Made by a program: the position numbers and the translations under genes. 64,000 nt of DNA from NCBI GenBank assembly GCA_963850315.1, contig CAWKKN010000006.1, positions 264,644 through 328,643 of the forward strand, read 5' to 3'. Shown here one piece after another: positions 11,279 through 21,946 of this stretch. The stretch comes from an uncultured Actinomycetes bacterium (lineage in GTDB: Bacteria; Actinomycetota; UBA4738; HRBIN12). Every line of letters starts with the position of its first letter. Position 1 is the stretch's first letter. Under the pieces are notes generated by a model. It was not told the origin of the DNA and did not search any database. It was given only the letters and a program-made list of their open reading frames with translations.

Positions 11279-12265
11279 CGCGGCGCCCGGCGCATCCTCG
11301 CGGTCGACGGCGGCGGCTCGAAGATCGACGCCGCCTTGCTCCGGCGCGACGGCACGGTGCTGGGCGCCGCCCGCGTCCGCGCCAAGGAGTAGACAAGAAC
11401 GGCGGCAACCAGCACATGGGCCAGATCGTCGAGGCGGCCGAGGCGGCGCATGCCGACGCGGGGATCGGATCCTGACGGCTGCCCGATCGCCGACCTGGGG
11501 GTCTATTGCCTCGCCGGCGCGGACCTGCCCCAGGACGACCGCAAGATCGGTCGCTGGCTGACAGCGCCGCGGCATCACCGGCACAGGATATGGTCCGCAA
11601 CGACACGTTCGCCGTGCTGCGCGCCGGCACCGACCGGCGCTGGGGCGTCGGCGTCGTCTGCGGCTACGGGACGAACTGCTCGGCGGTGGCGCCCGACGGC
11701 CGAATCACGCGTTTCCCGGCCGTCGGTGAGATCTCCGGGCGACTGGGGCGGCGGGGCCGACATCGGGCGGATGGCGGCCTGGTTCGCGGTCCGCGCCGAG
11801 GACGGCCGAGGAGCCCCGACACACACCTGGCCGAGCTGCGTGCCCGCCCACTTCGGTACCGACACGCCCGCGGCAGCTCATCGAGGCGATCTACTTCGAC
11901 CGGCTCGACGCCGGCCGGCTCGTGGAGCTCGCGCCACTCGTGTTCGCGCGCCGCCGTGGCTGGCGACGCCGTGGCGCGCGACATCGTCGATCGGCAGGCC
12001 GACGAGATCGTCATGATGGCGGGCACCGCGATCAAGCGGCTGCGGATGACCAAGCTCGACGTCCACGTCGTGCTGGGGGGCGGGATCTTCCGAACCGACG
12101 ACGCGGCGTTCTTCCATCGCATCCAGGAGGGGCTTCGCCGGCGTCGCCCCCGCGGCCGGATCAAGGTCCTGACCGGCGCCGCCCGTGATCGGCGCGGCGC
12201 TTCTGGGTCTCGACCAGCTGGAGGCGGGTCGCGCGCCGCGCACGAGCGTGCCCGGCGGGGCTTGA
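11275..12265 (+). pseudogene. BadF/BadG/BcrA/BcrD ATPase family, N-acetylglucosamine-kinase-like (frameshifted)
   Basis: GTG 11275 overlaps the deacetylase stop (GTGA). ILAVDGGGSKIDAALL (own translation). VRNDTFAVLRAGT...GVVCGYGTNC and DIVDRQADEIVMMAGTAIKRL...VHVVLGGGIF (ORF 11506..12792). Stop TGA 12263-12265 is in another frame. Confidence 0.7.
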
Positions 12266-12316
12266 CCCATCGAACGATTGAGCCGGAAGACTCAGCGCCC
12301 GAAGGAAGGAGTGACC
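12266..12316 (+). promoter_or_regulatory. short structured 5' leader of the MsiK-like gene (possible msiK RNA motif)
   Basis: Hairpin TGAGCC-GGAA-GACTCA (about 12279..12294), followed by CGCCCGAAGGAAGGAG, which overlaps the ribosome-binding site. An msiK leader motif is known in Actinobacteria; I recall it only roughly. Confidence 0.3.
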
Positions 12317-13525
12317 ATGGCCAAGATCGTGCTCGACGGCGTCACCAAGGTCTTCGGCAGCGACGTGATCGCCGTCAACGACGTCTCGCTGGAGATCGGC
12401 GACGGCGAGTTCATGGTGCTGGTGGGCCCCTCCGGGTGCGGGAAGTCCACGATCCTGCGGATCGCTGGCCGGTCTCGAAGAGGTCACGGCCGGCGAGATC
12501 TACATCGGCGACCGAGACAGGTGACGGACCTTCCGCCCAAGGACCGCGACATCGCGATGGTGTTCCAGAACTACGCCCTGTATCCGCATATGAGCGTGGA
12601 GCAGAACCTCGGCTTCGGGCTGAAGCTCCGCAAGACGCCGAAGGACGAGCGCACGCACCGGGTCGAGGACGTGGCGAAGATCCTGGGCCTCGAACCGCTG
12701 ATGAAGCGCAGGCCCGCCGAGCTCTCCGGCGGCCAGCGACAGCGCGTGGCGATGGGCCGGGCGATGGTGCGCGAGCCGCGTCGCGTTCCTGATGGACGAG
12801 CCGCTGTCGAACCTGGACGCGAAGCTCCGCGTGCAGCTGCGGGCCCAGCTGTCACGGCTGCACGAGCGCCTCGGCACCACGACGGTCTACGTCACCCACG
12901 ACCAGGTGGAGGCGATGACGCTCGGCCATCGAGTCGCCGTGCTCAAGGACGGCTTCCTGCAGCAGGTCGACACGCCGCAGAACCTCTACTAACCACCCTG
13001 CGAACCTGTTCGTCGCGGCGTTCATCGGGTCGCCGCCGATGAACCTCGTGGAGGCGCAGGTGAGGCGAGCAGGGGCTCACGTTCGGCGGCTTCACGCTGC
13101 CGGCGGCGCCCGACGCGGGCCTGAGCGCGATACAGCGGACGCGCGGTGATCCTGGGGATCCGGCCCTCCGACCTGGAGGACTGCGAGGTCTGGCAGAACG
13201 AGGACCTTCCCGTCATCGAGGTGATGGCAGAGGTCACGGAGGAGCTGGGCTCCGAGGTCAACATCATCTTCGCCGTCGATGCTCCCCCCGTGCTCACCGA
13301 GGACACCATCGCCGCCGCCGAGCGACGAAGGCGAGCAGGACAGCATCGCGCTGATCGCCGATGCGCAGAGCAGGCGCGGTTCTGCGCGCGGGTGGACGCG
13401 CGAACGCACTGCAGGCCCGGCGGCCGGATCCGGCTTTCGGTCGACCCCGCGCGATTCCATTTCTTCGATCCGGAGACGGGGAGCGCGGTGGGTGCAGTGC
13501 CGCCGGCGTGGCGGCGGGCGTCTGA
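12317..13525 (+). pseudogene. sugar ABC transporter ATP-binding protein, MsiK/UgpC/MalK type (frameshifted)
   Basis: Walker [11 protein letters not shown]-loop [14 protein letters not shown], signature [14 protein letters not shown], Walker [13 protein letters not shown]-loop VTHDQ, then a MalK-type regulatory domain (RLSVDPARFHFFDPETG). These lie in ORFs 12278..13042, 12792..12992 and 13146..13625. The 3' end is uncertain. Confidence 0.8.
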
Positions 13526-13535
13526 GGCTCGGAGC

Positions 13536-14672
13536 TCACGCGGTGCGGCCGGGCGCCTCCTCGCCCGCACCACCCCATGGCAGCCAGCACTCCACCGTCG
13601 TGCCGAATCCCGACCCTGCTGTTGATGCGGCACCATCCGCCGAGCAGCTCGGCGCGCTCCATCATCGTGGCGAGACCCAGGTGGCCGGGCGTGGCACCAC
13701 CGCCGCCGCAGGATCGAAGCCCACGCCGTCGTCGCTGACCAGCACCATGACGCCCTCGCCGGCGCTCAGCGCTCGAACCTCCACGTGCTCGGCGTTCGCG
13801 TGCTTGCGCGCGTTGCGCGATCGCCTCCAGCGCGATGCGGTAGAGCATGGCGCGGAGCTCGGGACCGGGCTCGGTGGCAGACCTCGATCGACGACCTTCG
13901 TCGTCCAGCCCGTCTCGCGGCGCGGTGTGCTCGAGGTAGAGCTGAGCGCCGCGCAGCCAGGCCGTCGCGATCCAGCGCCGGCGGACGCAGCTCGAAGACC
14001 AGCGAGCGCAGCCGCTCGATCGAGTGCAGGACCGTTTGATGCAGGTTCGCGAGCTCTGCGGCGATCACCTCGCTCGGAGACCGCGCCAGCATCTGCAACC
14101 GCAGGTCGACCGCACTCATGACCTGGATCGGATCGTCGTGGATGTCGGCGGCGATGCGGCGACGCTCCTCCTCCTGCGCGCGCTCCAGCCGCTGGGCCAG
14201 CTCGCGCCGCTGCTGGATGGTCCGTCGAAGGACCTCGAGGCTCCAGCGAAGCTTCTCCTCGGCTTCCTTCTGCGCCGTGACGTCCAGCATCAGACCGCGC
14301 CAGTGCAGAGGGCGGCCCTCGTCGTCGAACACCAGCACGGCCTCGTCGCGGATCCACACGATGCGGCCGTCCTTCGTCTGCATCCGGTACTCCGAGACGA
14401 ACGGAGCGCCCGACACGTTCGATCGTTCGTTCTCTGCCACGACGCGCTCGCGGTCCTCCGGGTGGATCTTCGCGACCCACAGATCGGGCGTCGTCCCCCA
14501 CTCCTCCTGGCTGTAGCCCAGGAGGCCGACGGCCTGCGGGCTGGTGTAGTAGTTCGTGGAGAGCTCGTCGGGGCGGTCGATGTAGAAGATCGCGGGGATG
14601 GTCTCGACGAGCGCGCGGTAGAGGTCGGCGTCGTCGGGGACGCCGGGACCGACGGTCGTCCGCGTCGCTCAC
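13536..14672 (-). pseudogene. soluble PAS sensor histidine kinase, HisKA_3 + HATPase_c (frameshifted)
   Basis: PAS (YRMQTKDGRIVWIRDEAVLVFDDEGRPLHWRGLMLDVT) and H-box (EEERRRIAADIHDDPIQ) in ORF 13766..14440. HATPase_c (NARKHANAEHVEVRALSAGEGVMVLVSDDGVGFDP; GHLGLATMMERAELLGG) in two other frames. No TM segment seen. An apparent GTG at 14672 overlaps the M20 stop. Confidence 0.75.
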
Positions 14673-15833
14673 AGCCGGCTGATGAGCCCGGCCAGGAGCG
14701 CCACGCGCGGGACCACGCTCGTGAGATCGATCCATTCCGCGGGCGCGTGGTCGTCGCCGCCCACCGGGCCCAAGTCCGTCGAGCGTCGGCGTCCCGGCGG
14801 CGCTCGTGGTGTTGGCGTCGGAGGCGCCGCCGGTGGAGGCGTCCCGCAGCTCGAAGCCAAGCTCGGCCGCGATACCGATCGCGAGCTCCGCCAGGCGCGC
14901 GGCCCCCTGACCTCTTCTCCATCGGGCGGTGCCAGCCGTTGCGCCTGCGACGGCTACCGTGACGTCGGGGCCGACCGACTTCGCGCAGATCCGCTGGATC
15001 TCGGCCTCCGCCGCCTCCAGCGTCGCGAGCGCGGGCGAGCGCAGATCCACCTGCAGCTCGCAACGCTCCGGCACCACGTTCGTTCGCGTGCCGCCGCGCG
15101 CCACCCCGACGTTCACGGTGACGCCGGGCCACCGGCCGTTCAGCGCCTGCAGCGCGAGGATCTTGTGGGCGGCCTCGAGCAGCGCAGTTGCGCCCCTTCT
15201 CCGGTTCGACGCCCGCGTGCGCGGCGCGCCCCCGTGATCGTGATCGCGTAGTCGGTGATGCCGTTGCGGGCCGAGACGATGTCGCCGTTCGCCCGTGCTG
15301 CCTCGAAGACGAAGGCCGCGTCGTGCTGCGGCGCGAGCTCGCGGATGACCGGACCCGAGAACGGCGAGCCGATCTCCTCGTCGGGATTGCAGACATACGT
15401 GATGCGTCCGAACCCGTCGAAACCCGACGCCAGCAGCATCTGCGTCGAGAAGAAGCCCGATGAGCAAACCGCCCTTCATGTCGGACACGCCGGGGCCGAG
15501 GCGCTGGTCCCCTCGATCCGGAACGGACGCTCGGCCACGGTGCCTTCGTCGAACACCGTGTCCGTATGGCCCACCAGCAACACGTCGGGACCGCCAGCGC
15601 CTCTCAGCGTGCCGATCACCAGGTCGCCGAGCTGCGGCTCGCCGTCGGCGGGGACGTGGCACGGCGGTCGACATCCCACCCGCGGCCCGCAGGCGCGCCT
15701 CGCACAGGTCGGCGACCGCGTTCACCCCGATCGGCGTGTAGGAACCGCAATCGATGTCGACCATCCGTCGGAGCGAGGCCACGAAGTCGTCGTACCGCTC
15801 CGCGGCGAGATCCCGCAGCGGTCGCGCGTCCAC
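14669..15833 (-). pseudogene. M20 family metallopeptidase, carboxypeptidase G2-like (frameshifted)
   Basis: MDARPLRDLAAERYDDFVASLRRMVDIDCGSY (head of ORF 13662..15833), VLLVGHTDTVFDEGT (15476..15679), NPDEEIGSP (15140..15439), GGTRTNVVPE, GAHAPAEWIDL (14669..14860). Confidence 0.75.
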
Positions 15834-15914
15834 GCGCGGAACCTAGCACGACGCTGGGCAGCCAGCGTCAGGCCCGACGCGGCCGCCTAGCCCTGATACC
15901 GCGCGACGATCTTC

Positions 15915-16606
15915 GTGAAGGCGGGACGATACACTCCCCACGTTGCGACCGGCGCGCACCGCGAGATGAGTTGGATCTGGCGGTCGGCGCGCCGCTCGTG
16001 GGCGTCACGGCGCTCCTGTTCCGGGTGCGGGTCGAGGGCATCCAGCACATCCCGTCGTCCGGTCCCGTCGTCCTCGCGCCGAACCACGTCAGCGTGCTCG
16101 ACGGCCCCGTGCCTGTCCATCGTCACGGCGCCCAGCGCCGTCGTCCGGTTACCTGGTCGCGGCCGAGGTCTTCTTCGGCGTGGATGGGGTGATCTTAACC
16201 AGCGCGCCAGATCCCGATCCGCCGGGGGCCGGCGACGGGAGCGCGCTCGCACGAGGCAGCGACGGTGCGCGCGGAGGCACTTGCGGGATCTTCCCCGAGG
16301 GACATGTCAACGAAGAGCCGGCGGGATCGCTCCAGCGCATCCGCAGGGGCGTCACCCGTGTCGCGATGCCCACCGCCGCGCCGGTGATCCCCGTGGGCAT
16401 CTGGGGCACGCAGGCGGCGCTGGCCGAGCGCGGACCGGACTTCGCTCGCGCTCCTGCATCGCCGGAAACCTCGCGATGGTCTACGGGAACCGCTGTCTGC
16501 CGGCGACCCCGCACGACCGAAGTCGCTCGAGGCCTTCCGGCGCCGCTACGTCGGGGCGCTCCGGCTGCAGGTTGCGCGTGCGCGCGCGCTGGCGGGGGAG
16601 CCATAA
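15915..16606 (+). pseudogene. 1-acyl-sn-glycerol-3-phosphate acyltransferase, PlsC family (frameshifted)
   Basis: Acyltransferase motif I LAPNHVSVLDG (ORF 15566..16192), motif III GIFPEGHV and IPVGIWG (ORF 16180..17223). Stop TAA 16604-16606. The start is approximate. Confidence 0.68.
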
Positions 16607-16619
16607 GAGCCCCACGACG

Positions 16620-16645
16620 AAGGGCCGGCCCGCAGGCCGGCCCTT
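16620..16645. terminator. GC-rich hairpin between convergent genes (bidirectional terminator candidate)
   Basis: AAGGGCCGGCC-CGCA-GGCCGGCCCTT: a perfect 11-bp stem with a 4-nt loop, between the PlsC-like stop (16606) and the sigma gene stop (16669). There is no clear U-tract. Confidence 0.5.
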
Positions 16646-16668
16646 GCGTGATGCTGCGGGTGGCCGAC

Positions 16669-17604
<936 letters not shown>

Positions 17605-17931
17605 TTCGTATCACTCTCCCCCTCGTAACCGGCGAACTGCTGGGCGCAGCGGCGCCGGTGTCGAGCACTCGATCCCTCGGTCAACGGCTGCTTGGGAAGG
17701 GCACGTGGAACGAAAGGCGTTGGCAGCCGCTCATGGATATGGTAGGCCCTCACCTGCACGTTTGTAAAGCTCAGACCATGTAACGGTCTTGTGAAGACGT
17801 ACACAAGCGGGCTCGATCGTCTCAGCTCACTCCTCCCACCGTCTCAACGCTTCGGGGGCCCAAACCCTTCCCTGGGTGTTCGTGCGGGGCGGGGGCGCGG
17901 TTCGGTGTCGCCGGCCCGCTACCCTGGGAAC

Positions 17932-18835
17932 GTGACGCTCCAGCTTCCCGAGGTCCGCACGATCGACCTCGACGGACCCGTGGCCTACCGCATGTGGGAG
18001 GGGCCGCACCAGAGCACCTTCGTCCTTGTCCATGGGCTGGGCGGGTCCCATCTCAGTTGGGTCCAAGCAGCCCCCCGACTCGCGGGGCTCGGCCGGGTCC
18101 TGGCCCTGGATCTGCCGGGGTTCGGGCGGTCGCCGCGAGCCGGTCGGCCCACGGGCCTCATGGACGCGCGGCGGACGATCTCGCGGTTCATCGCCGAGCT
18201 CGGGTCGGGAGATGTGGTGCTCTGCGGGAATTCCATGGGCGGGGCAGTCGTCGTTCTGCAGGCGGCGGTGGAGCCCTCGTCGGTGGCGGGCGTGGTCCTC
18301 ACCGGGTCGGTCTTCCCCTGGGTAGGGCGGCACGCCCCCGCCCCGGCGATCGTTGCGGCCTTCGCCGCGTACCGGCTTCCGTGGGTCGGCGAGGCCCTCG
18401 TGACGTCTCGGTCCAGGGTCCTGGACCCCGAACGCGCCGTGCACCTGGCCTTCCGCTACGTCACGGCCGATCCCGGCATCGATCCCGCCCGACGTCGTGA
18501 GCCTGCACGCCGACCTCCTTCGGCAACGGCAGCACGACCCCGAAGCGATGCCGGCCTTCCTCGACGCCGCACGATCGATGCTGCGGTTGGGGGCGCGGCC
18601 CGGCATCGCGCGGCGAGCGTTGGATCGCGTGGACGGACCCGTCCTGATCCTGCACGGGCAGCGCGACCGACTCGTGCCCGCCGCGCTCGCGCAGGCGGAG
18701 CTCCGTCGACATCCCCCGTGGCGTGGCCGGTTCTTTCCGGACCTCGGGCACGTCCCGCAGATGGAGGCGCCCGGCCGATGGGTCAGCGAGGTCGCCGACT
18801 GGCACTCGGGTTTCTCGGCCGGCGCGCTCGGGTGA
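17932..18835 (+). pseudogene. alpha/beta hydrolase (single frameshift near 18490)
   Basis: GTG 17932. FVLVHGLGGSHLSW...LALDLPGFGRS...VVLCGNSMGGAV (nucleophile elbow) in ORF 17791..19098. The C-terminus PVLILHGQRDRLVP...FFPDLGHVPQME is in ORF 18497..18835. Confidence 0.72.
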
Positions 18836-18847
18836 GCCGGCCCGTTC

Positions 18848-20233
18848 TCAGTGGGAGCCGGCGAGCGCGGCGAGCTCATCCGTCGCGCGCTCGATCCCGC
18901 GGGCGAGGACATCGATGTCCTTCACGGCGTCCCAGTCCGCCGTCAATCCGAACGCCATCGTGCCCGCGAGCGAGGTGCACGCGATCGACAGGGCGCAGTT
19001 CTCACCCAGCGGCATCGCCGGATAGCTCATCAGCAGCCGGGCCCCGGCGAGGTAAAGCGGGGCTTGCGCAGCGGGAACGTTCGACACCACGAGGTTGAAC
19101 CACTGTCCCCGCGACACCAACCGCGCGGCCATCGCGTGCAGGGCGGGCGGCGCGTACGTGCCGAGGCGGATGATGGAGTCGGCGCTCATGGCGAGCCCCG
19201 AGTCCTTCAGCTCCTTCGTCGACGCGCGGACCCGCCGTAGCCGCGCCCGCGGCGTCATCCGTCCGATCGGGATGTCCACGAACGCGGGCGCGATGCGATT
19301 GCCCACATCGCCAATGTCGCCCTTGGACCGCATCGACACGGGCACCATCACGCGAAGCGTCCTAGCCTTCGTCGCCTCGCCGCGCGCGGTGAGCTGGTCG
19401 TGCAGGCCTGCGGCCACGGTTGTCAGCACGACGTCGTTGATCGTGCCGCCGAGCGCGTGGCGGATGGCGCGGAGGCGCTCGAAGGGGACCTGCGCCGTCG
19501 CGAACCGGCGCCCGGGACCGATCTTCACGTCGAACGGACCGTGCGGCGGCCCTCCCATCCCCACGAGATGACCGATCCCCGAGGCGATCTCGGTGACGCC
19601 GTCCCACGCAAGCGCGGGTGCCTCGGCTGCGCGCCCGAGGGCCTGCAGTGGATGCAGAACGAGGTCCTCGGCGGCGTCGCGGACGAGATCGACGGTGGAG
19701 GGCGCCGGCTCGGGGACCCAGGCGGCCTTCGCAGGCGGCCCGAGCGGGGCGTCGGGCTGGAGATCGAACAGGATCGAGGCCACGAGCATGCCCGAGATGC
19801 CGTCCGCCATCGCATGGTGCAGCTTGAGCAGGACGGCCGTGCGCTGCTCGGCGAGCCCTTCGAAGACGTAGAGCTCCCAGAGCGGCTTGGAGGGATCGAG
19901 CGGCCGCGACAGGATGCGACCGACCTGCCGCTCGAGCTGGAGGGATCCTCCCGGCGAGGGGACCGCAGCCCGGCGCAGGTGGAAATCGAGATCGAAGCGC
20001 TCGTCGTCCGCCCACAGGGGCCTCGCGAGCCCGAACGGGACACGCACGACGCGTTGCCGCAAGCGCGGTGCGAGGTGGATGCGCCCCTCCACCACCCGTT
20101 GAACGTCTTCGTAAGTGAGCGGTCCGTCGGCGCGCGGCGCGAACACGGAAAGGCCGGCGACGTGCATGTGCATCGCGGGACGTTCCAGATACAGGAAGCT
20201 CGCGTCCAGGCTCGAGAGCCGCTCGGTGTTCAC
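18848..20233 (-). CDS. wax ester synthase/diacylglycerol acyltransferase (WS/DGAT)
   Basis: Intact 461-aa ORF with N-terminal LSSLDASFLYLE and the catalytic HHAMADGISG (HHxxxDG) motif. Confidence 0.9.
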   Translation of the reverse strand: MNTERLSSLDASFLYLERPAMHMHVAGLSVFAPRADGPLTYEDVQRVVEGRIHLAPRLRQRVVRVPFGLARPLWADDERFDLDFHLRRAAVPSPGGSLQLERQVGRILSRPLDPSKPLWELYVFEGLAEQRTAVLLKLHHAMADGISGMLVASILFDLQPDAPLGPPAKAAWVPEPAPSTVDLVRDAAEDLVLHPLQALGRAAEAPALAWDGVTEIASGIGHLVGMGGPPHGPFDVKIGPGRRFATAQVPFERLRAIRHALGGTINDVVLTTVAAGLHDQLTARGEATKARTLRVMVPVSMRSKGDIGDVGNRIAPAFVDIPIGRMTPRARLRRVRASTKELKDSGLAMSADSIIRLGTYAPPALHAMAARLVSRGQWFNLVVSNVPAAQAPLYLAGARLLMSYPAMPLGENCALSIACTSLAGTMAFGLTADWDAVKDIDVLARGIERATDELAALAGSH

Positions 20234-20291
20234 GCGGCCACCCTACCTGGCGCACGGACGGGGACCCTCGGGGGTGCTAGCGTCCGCCGCG

Positions 20292-21941
20292 ATGCGTCGC
20301 CCGACCCGCGCCGTGCTGCTCGCCGCCTCCGTCATCGCCCTGTGGCTGGGCCCGCTGGCGTCGGCCCGCGCCGCCGCGCCCGCCCACGTAGGCCCGGGGC
20401 GGGAGCCGGTTCCCACCGGGTTCGCCGCAACGATCCGCGTGCCGCAGCAGGCTCCCACGATCCAGGCCGCGGTCGAGCGTGCGAGGCCGGGCGGCATGGT
20501 GCTGATCGCTCCGGGCGTCTACTCCGAGGCCGTCGTCGTGCGGACGCCGTACATCACCATCCGCGGCGCCGGCCGCAACACCACGATCCTCGACGGTGGG
20601 TTCAAGCTCGCGAACGGGATCCACGTGGTGGAAGCCGACGGGGTCACCATCCAGAACCTCACGGCCCGGCACTACCTGCTGAACGGCTTCTACTGGTCGG
20701 CCGTGCACGGCTTCTGGGGCTCCTACCTCACGGCGTATGACAACGGCGACTACGGCATCTACGCGTACGGCTCGGACTGGGGCCAGTTCGATCACGTCTA
20801 CGCCAGCGGTTCGCCCGATTCGGGGCTGTACATCGGCGGGTGCCAGCCCTGTCACGCGGTGATCACCGATGCGCTTTCGGAGCACAACGCGCTGGGATAC
20901 AGCGGGACGAACGCCGGAGGCGAACTCGCGATCGTGAACAGCGAATGGCGCGACAACATGGCGGGGATCGTGCCGAACACCCTGGATACGGAGCCGTTCG
21001 CGCCGCAGCGCGGCATCCTGATCGCGGGGAACTACGTCCACGACAACAACTCGACGACCGCGGACGCGGAGCGGCTTCAGTTTCCGACGTTCGGCAACGG
21101 CATCATCCTTGCCGGAGGATCCGACAACCTCGTGGTCGGCAACCTCGTGCAGGATCAGGAGAGCTACGGCATCGCCGTCATGCCCAACATCGACGCACGC
21201 CTCTGGGTGAGCTCGGACAACGTCGTGCGCGACAACGTGGTGCGGAACACAGGACGGGCGGACCTCGCGCTCGGTGCGCCCTCGGGCGGCGGAGACTGCT
21301 TCAGCGGGAACACGATCCGCACGAGCGTGCCGCCGGCGATCCAGCTGCTGCGGGCGTGCGGAGCGCCGTGGATCCGGATGGGTGGCGGCGATCCGGCACC
21401 CACGCTCAACCTTGGGACGCGCTACATCCAAGCGCAGGGAGGGACGTTCCCGCACGGGGATTGGCGCACGCAACCGGCGCCGCCCCCCCAGCCGACCATG
21501 ACGGAGCCCGCCAAGGCGCCGCCGCAGCCGGCGATCCCGCAGGAAGCGGTGCCGCAGCCCTATCGGGTCCGACCCCTGAGTCGGATCGAGGGTGTCTTAT
21601 CCGAGGCCACGGTGGGCAAGCAGCTGACCGTGTTCGGGATCCCCATGGCGACATCGTGGTGGAGCCTGCTCATCGGCCTGTACGGATACGCGCTGCCGGG
21701 GTTCCTCTACGCGGCCTGGGTGACGATCGCCCTTTGGGACCTGATCCGCCAGGAGTCGATTCCGATCTCCTTCCGCGCCCGATGGATGGCGGTGGTGATC
21801 CTGGTCCCCTTCCTCGGGCCGATCCTGTACTACGCCTTCGGCCGATCCCCGATCCCGAGGCAGCTGCGGATGATGCTCGTCGTCGGCGGCGCGCTCGCAT
21901 GTCTGCTGATCGCATCACTTGCGGCTCTGCTCGGCAGCTGA
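20292..21941 (+). CDS. secreted right-handed beta-helix (NosD/pectate-lyase-fold) protein with a C-terminal PLDc_N-like membrane domain
   Basis: Met at residue 60 of ORF 20115..21941. Signal peptide MRRPTRAVLLAASVIALWLGPLASARA. Repeated beta-helix turns (GITIRGAGRNTTILDG; GVTIQNLT; NLVVGNLV; NVVRDNVV). A Pro-rich linker, then 3 TM segments with WDLIRQE...ILVPFLGPILYYAFGR. Confidence 0.7.
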   Translation: MRRPTRAVLLAASVIALWLGPLASARAAAPAHVGPGREPVPTGFAATIRVPQQAPTIQAAVERARPGGMVLIAPGVYSEAVVVRTPYITIRGAGRNTTILDGGFKLANGIHVVEADGVTIQNLTARHYLLNGFYWSAVHGFWGSYLTAYDNGDYGIYAYGSDWGQFDHVYASGSPDSGLYIGGCQPCHAVITDALSEHNALGYSGTNAGGELAIVNSEWRDNMAGIVPNTLDTEPFAPQRGILIAGNYVHDNNSTTADAERLQFPTFGNGIILAGGSDNLVVGNLVQDQESYGIAVMPNIDARLWVSSDNVVRDNVVRNTGRADLALGAPSGGGDCFSGNTIRTSVPPAIQLLRACGAPWIRMGGGDPAPTLNLGTRYIQAQGGTFPHGDWRTQPAPPPQPTMTEPAKAPPQPAIPQEAVPQPYRVRPLSRIEGVLSEATVGKQLTVFGIPMATSWWSLLIGLYGYALPGFLYAAWVTIALWDLIRQESIPISFRARWMAVVILVPFLGPILYYAFGRSPIPRQLRMMLVVGGALACLLIASLAALLGS

Positions 21942-21946
21942 GCGGC

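Noticed and set aside
13662-15833. 723-aa ORF that looks like one large protein
   Set aside because: Only its first ~60 and a few internal stretches match the M20 peptidase. The rest is Arg/Pro/Gly-rich out-of-frame read-through across the frameshifted peptidase and the histidine kinase. Its last ~45 residues happen to be in frame with the kinase ATPase domain.
17605-17931. The largest non-coding gap (relatively GC-poor) checked for a tRNA, small RNA or small ORF
   Set aside because: No cloverleaf or T-loop (GGTTCGA-type) sequence is present. ORF 17580..17804(-) overlaps the sigma gene start and has a shadow-like composition. The region is most simply the divergent promoter/leader region of the sigma factor and hydrolase genes. 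I could not define -35/-10 elements with confidence.
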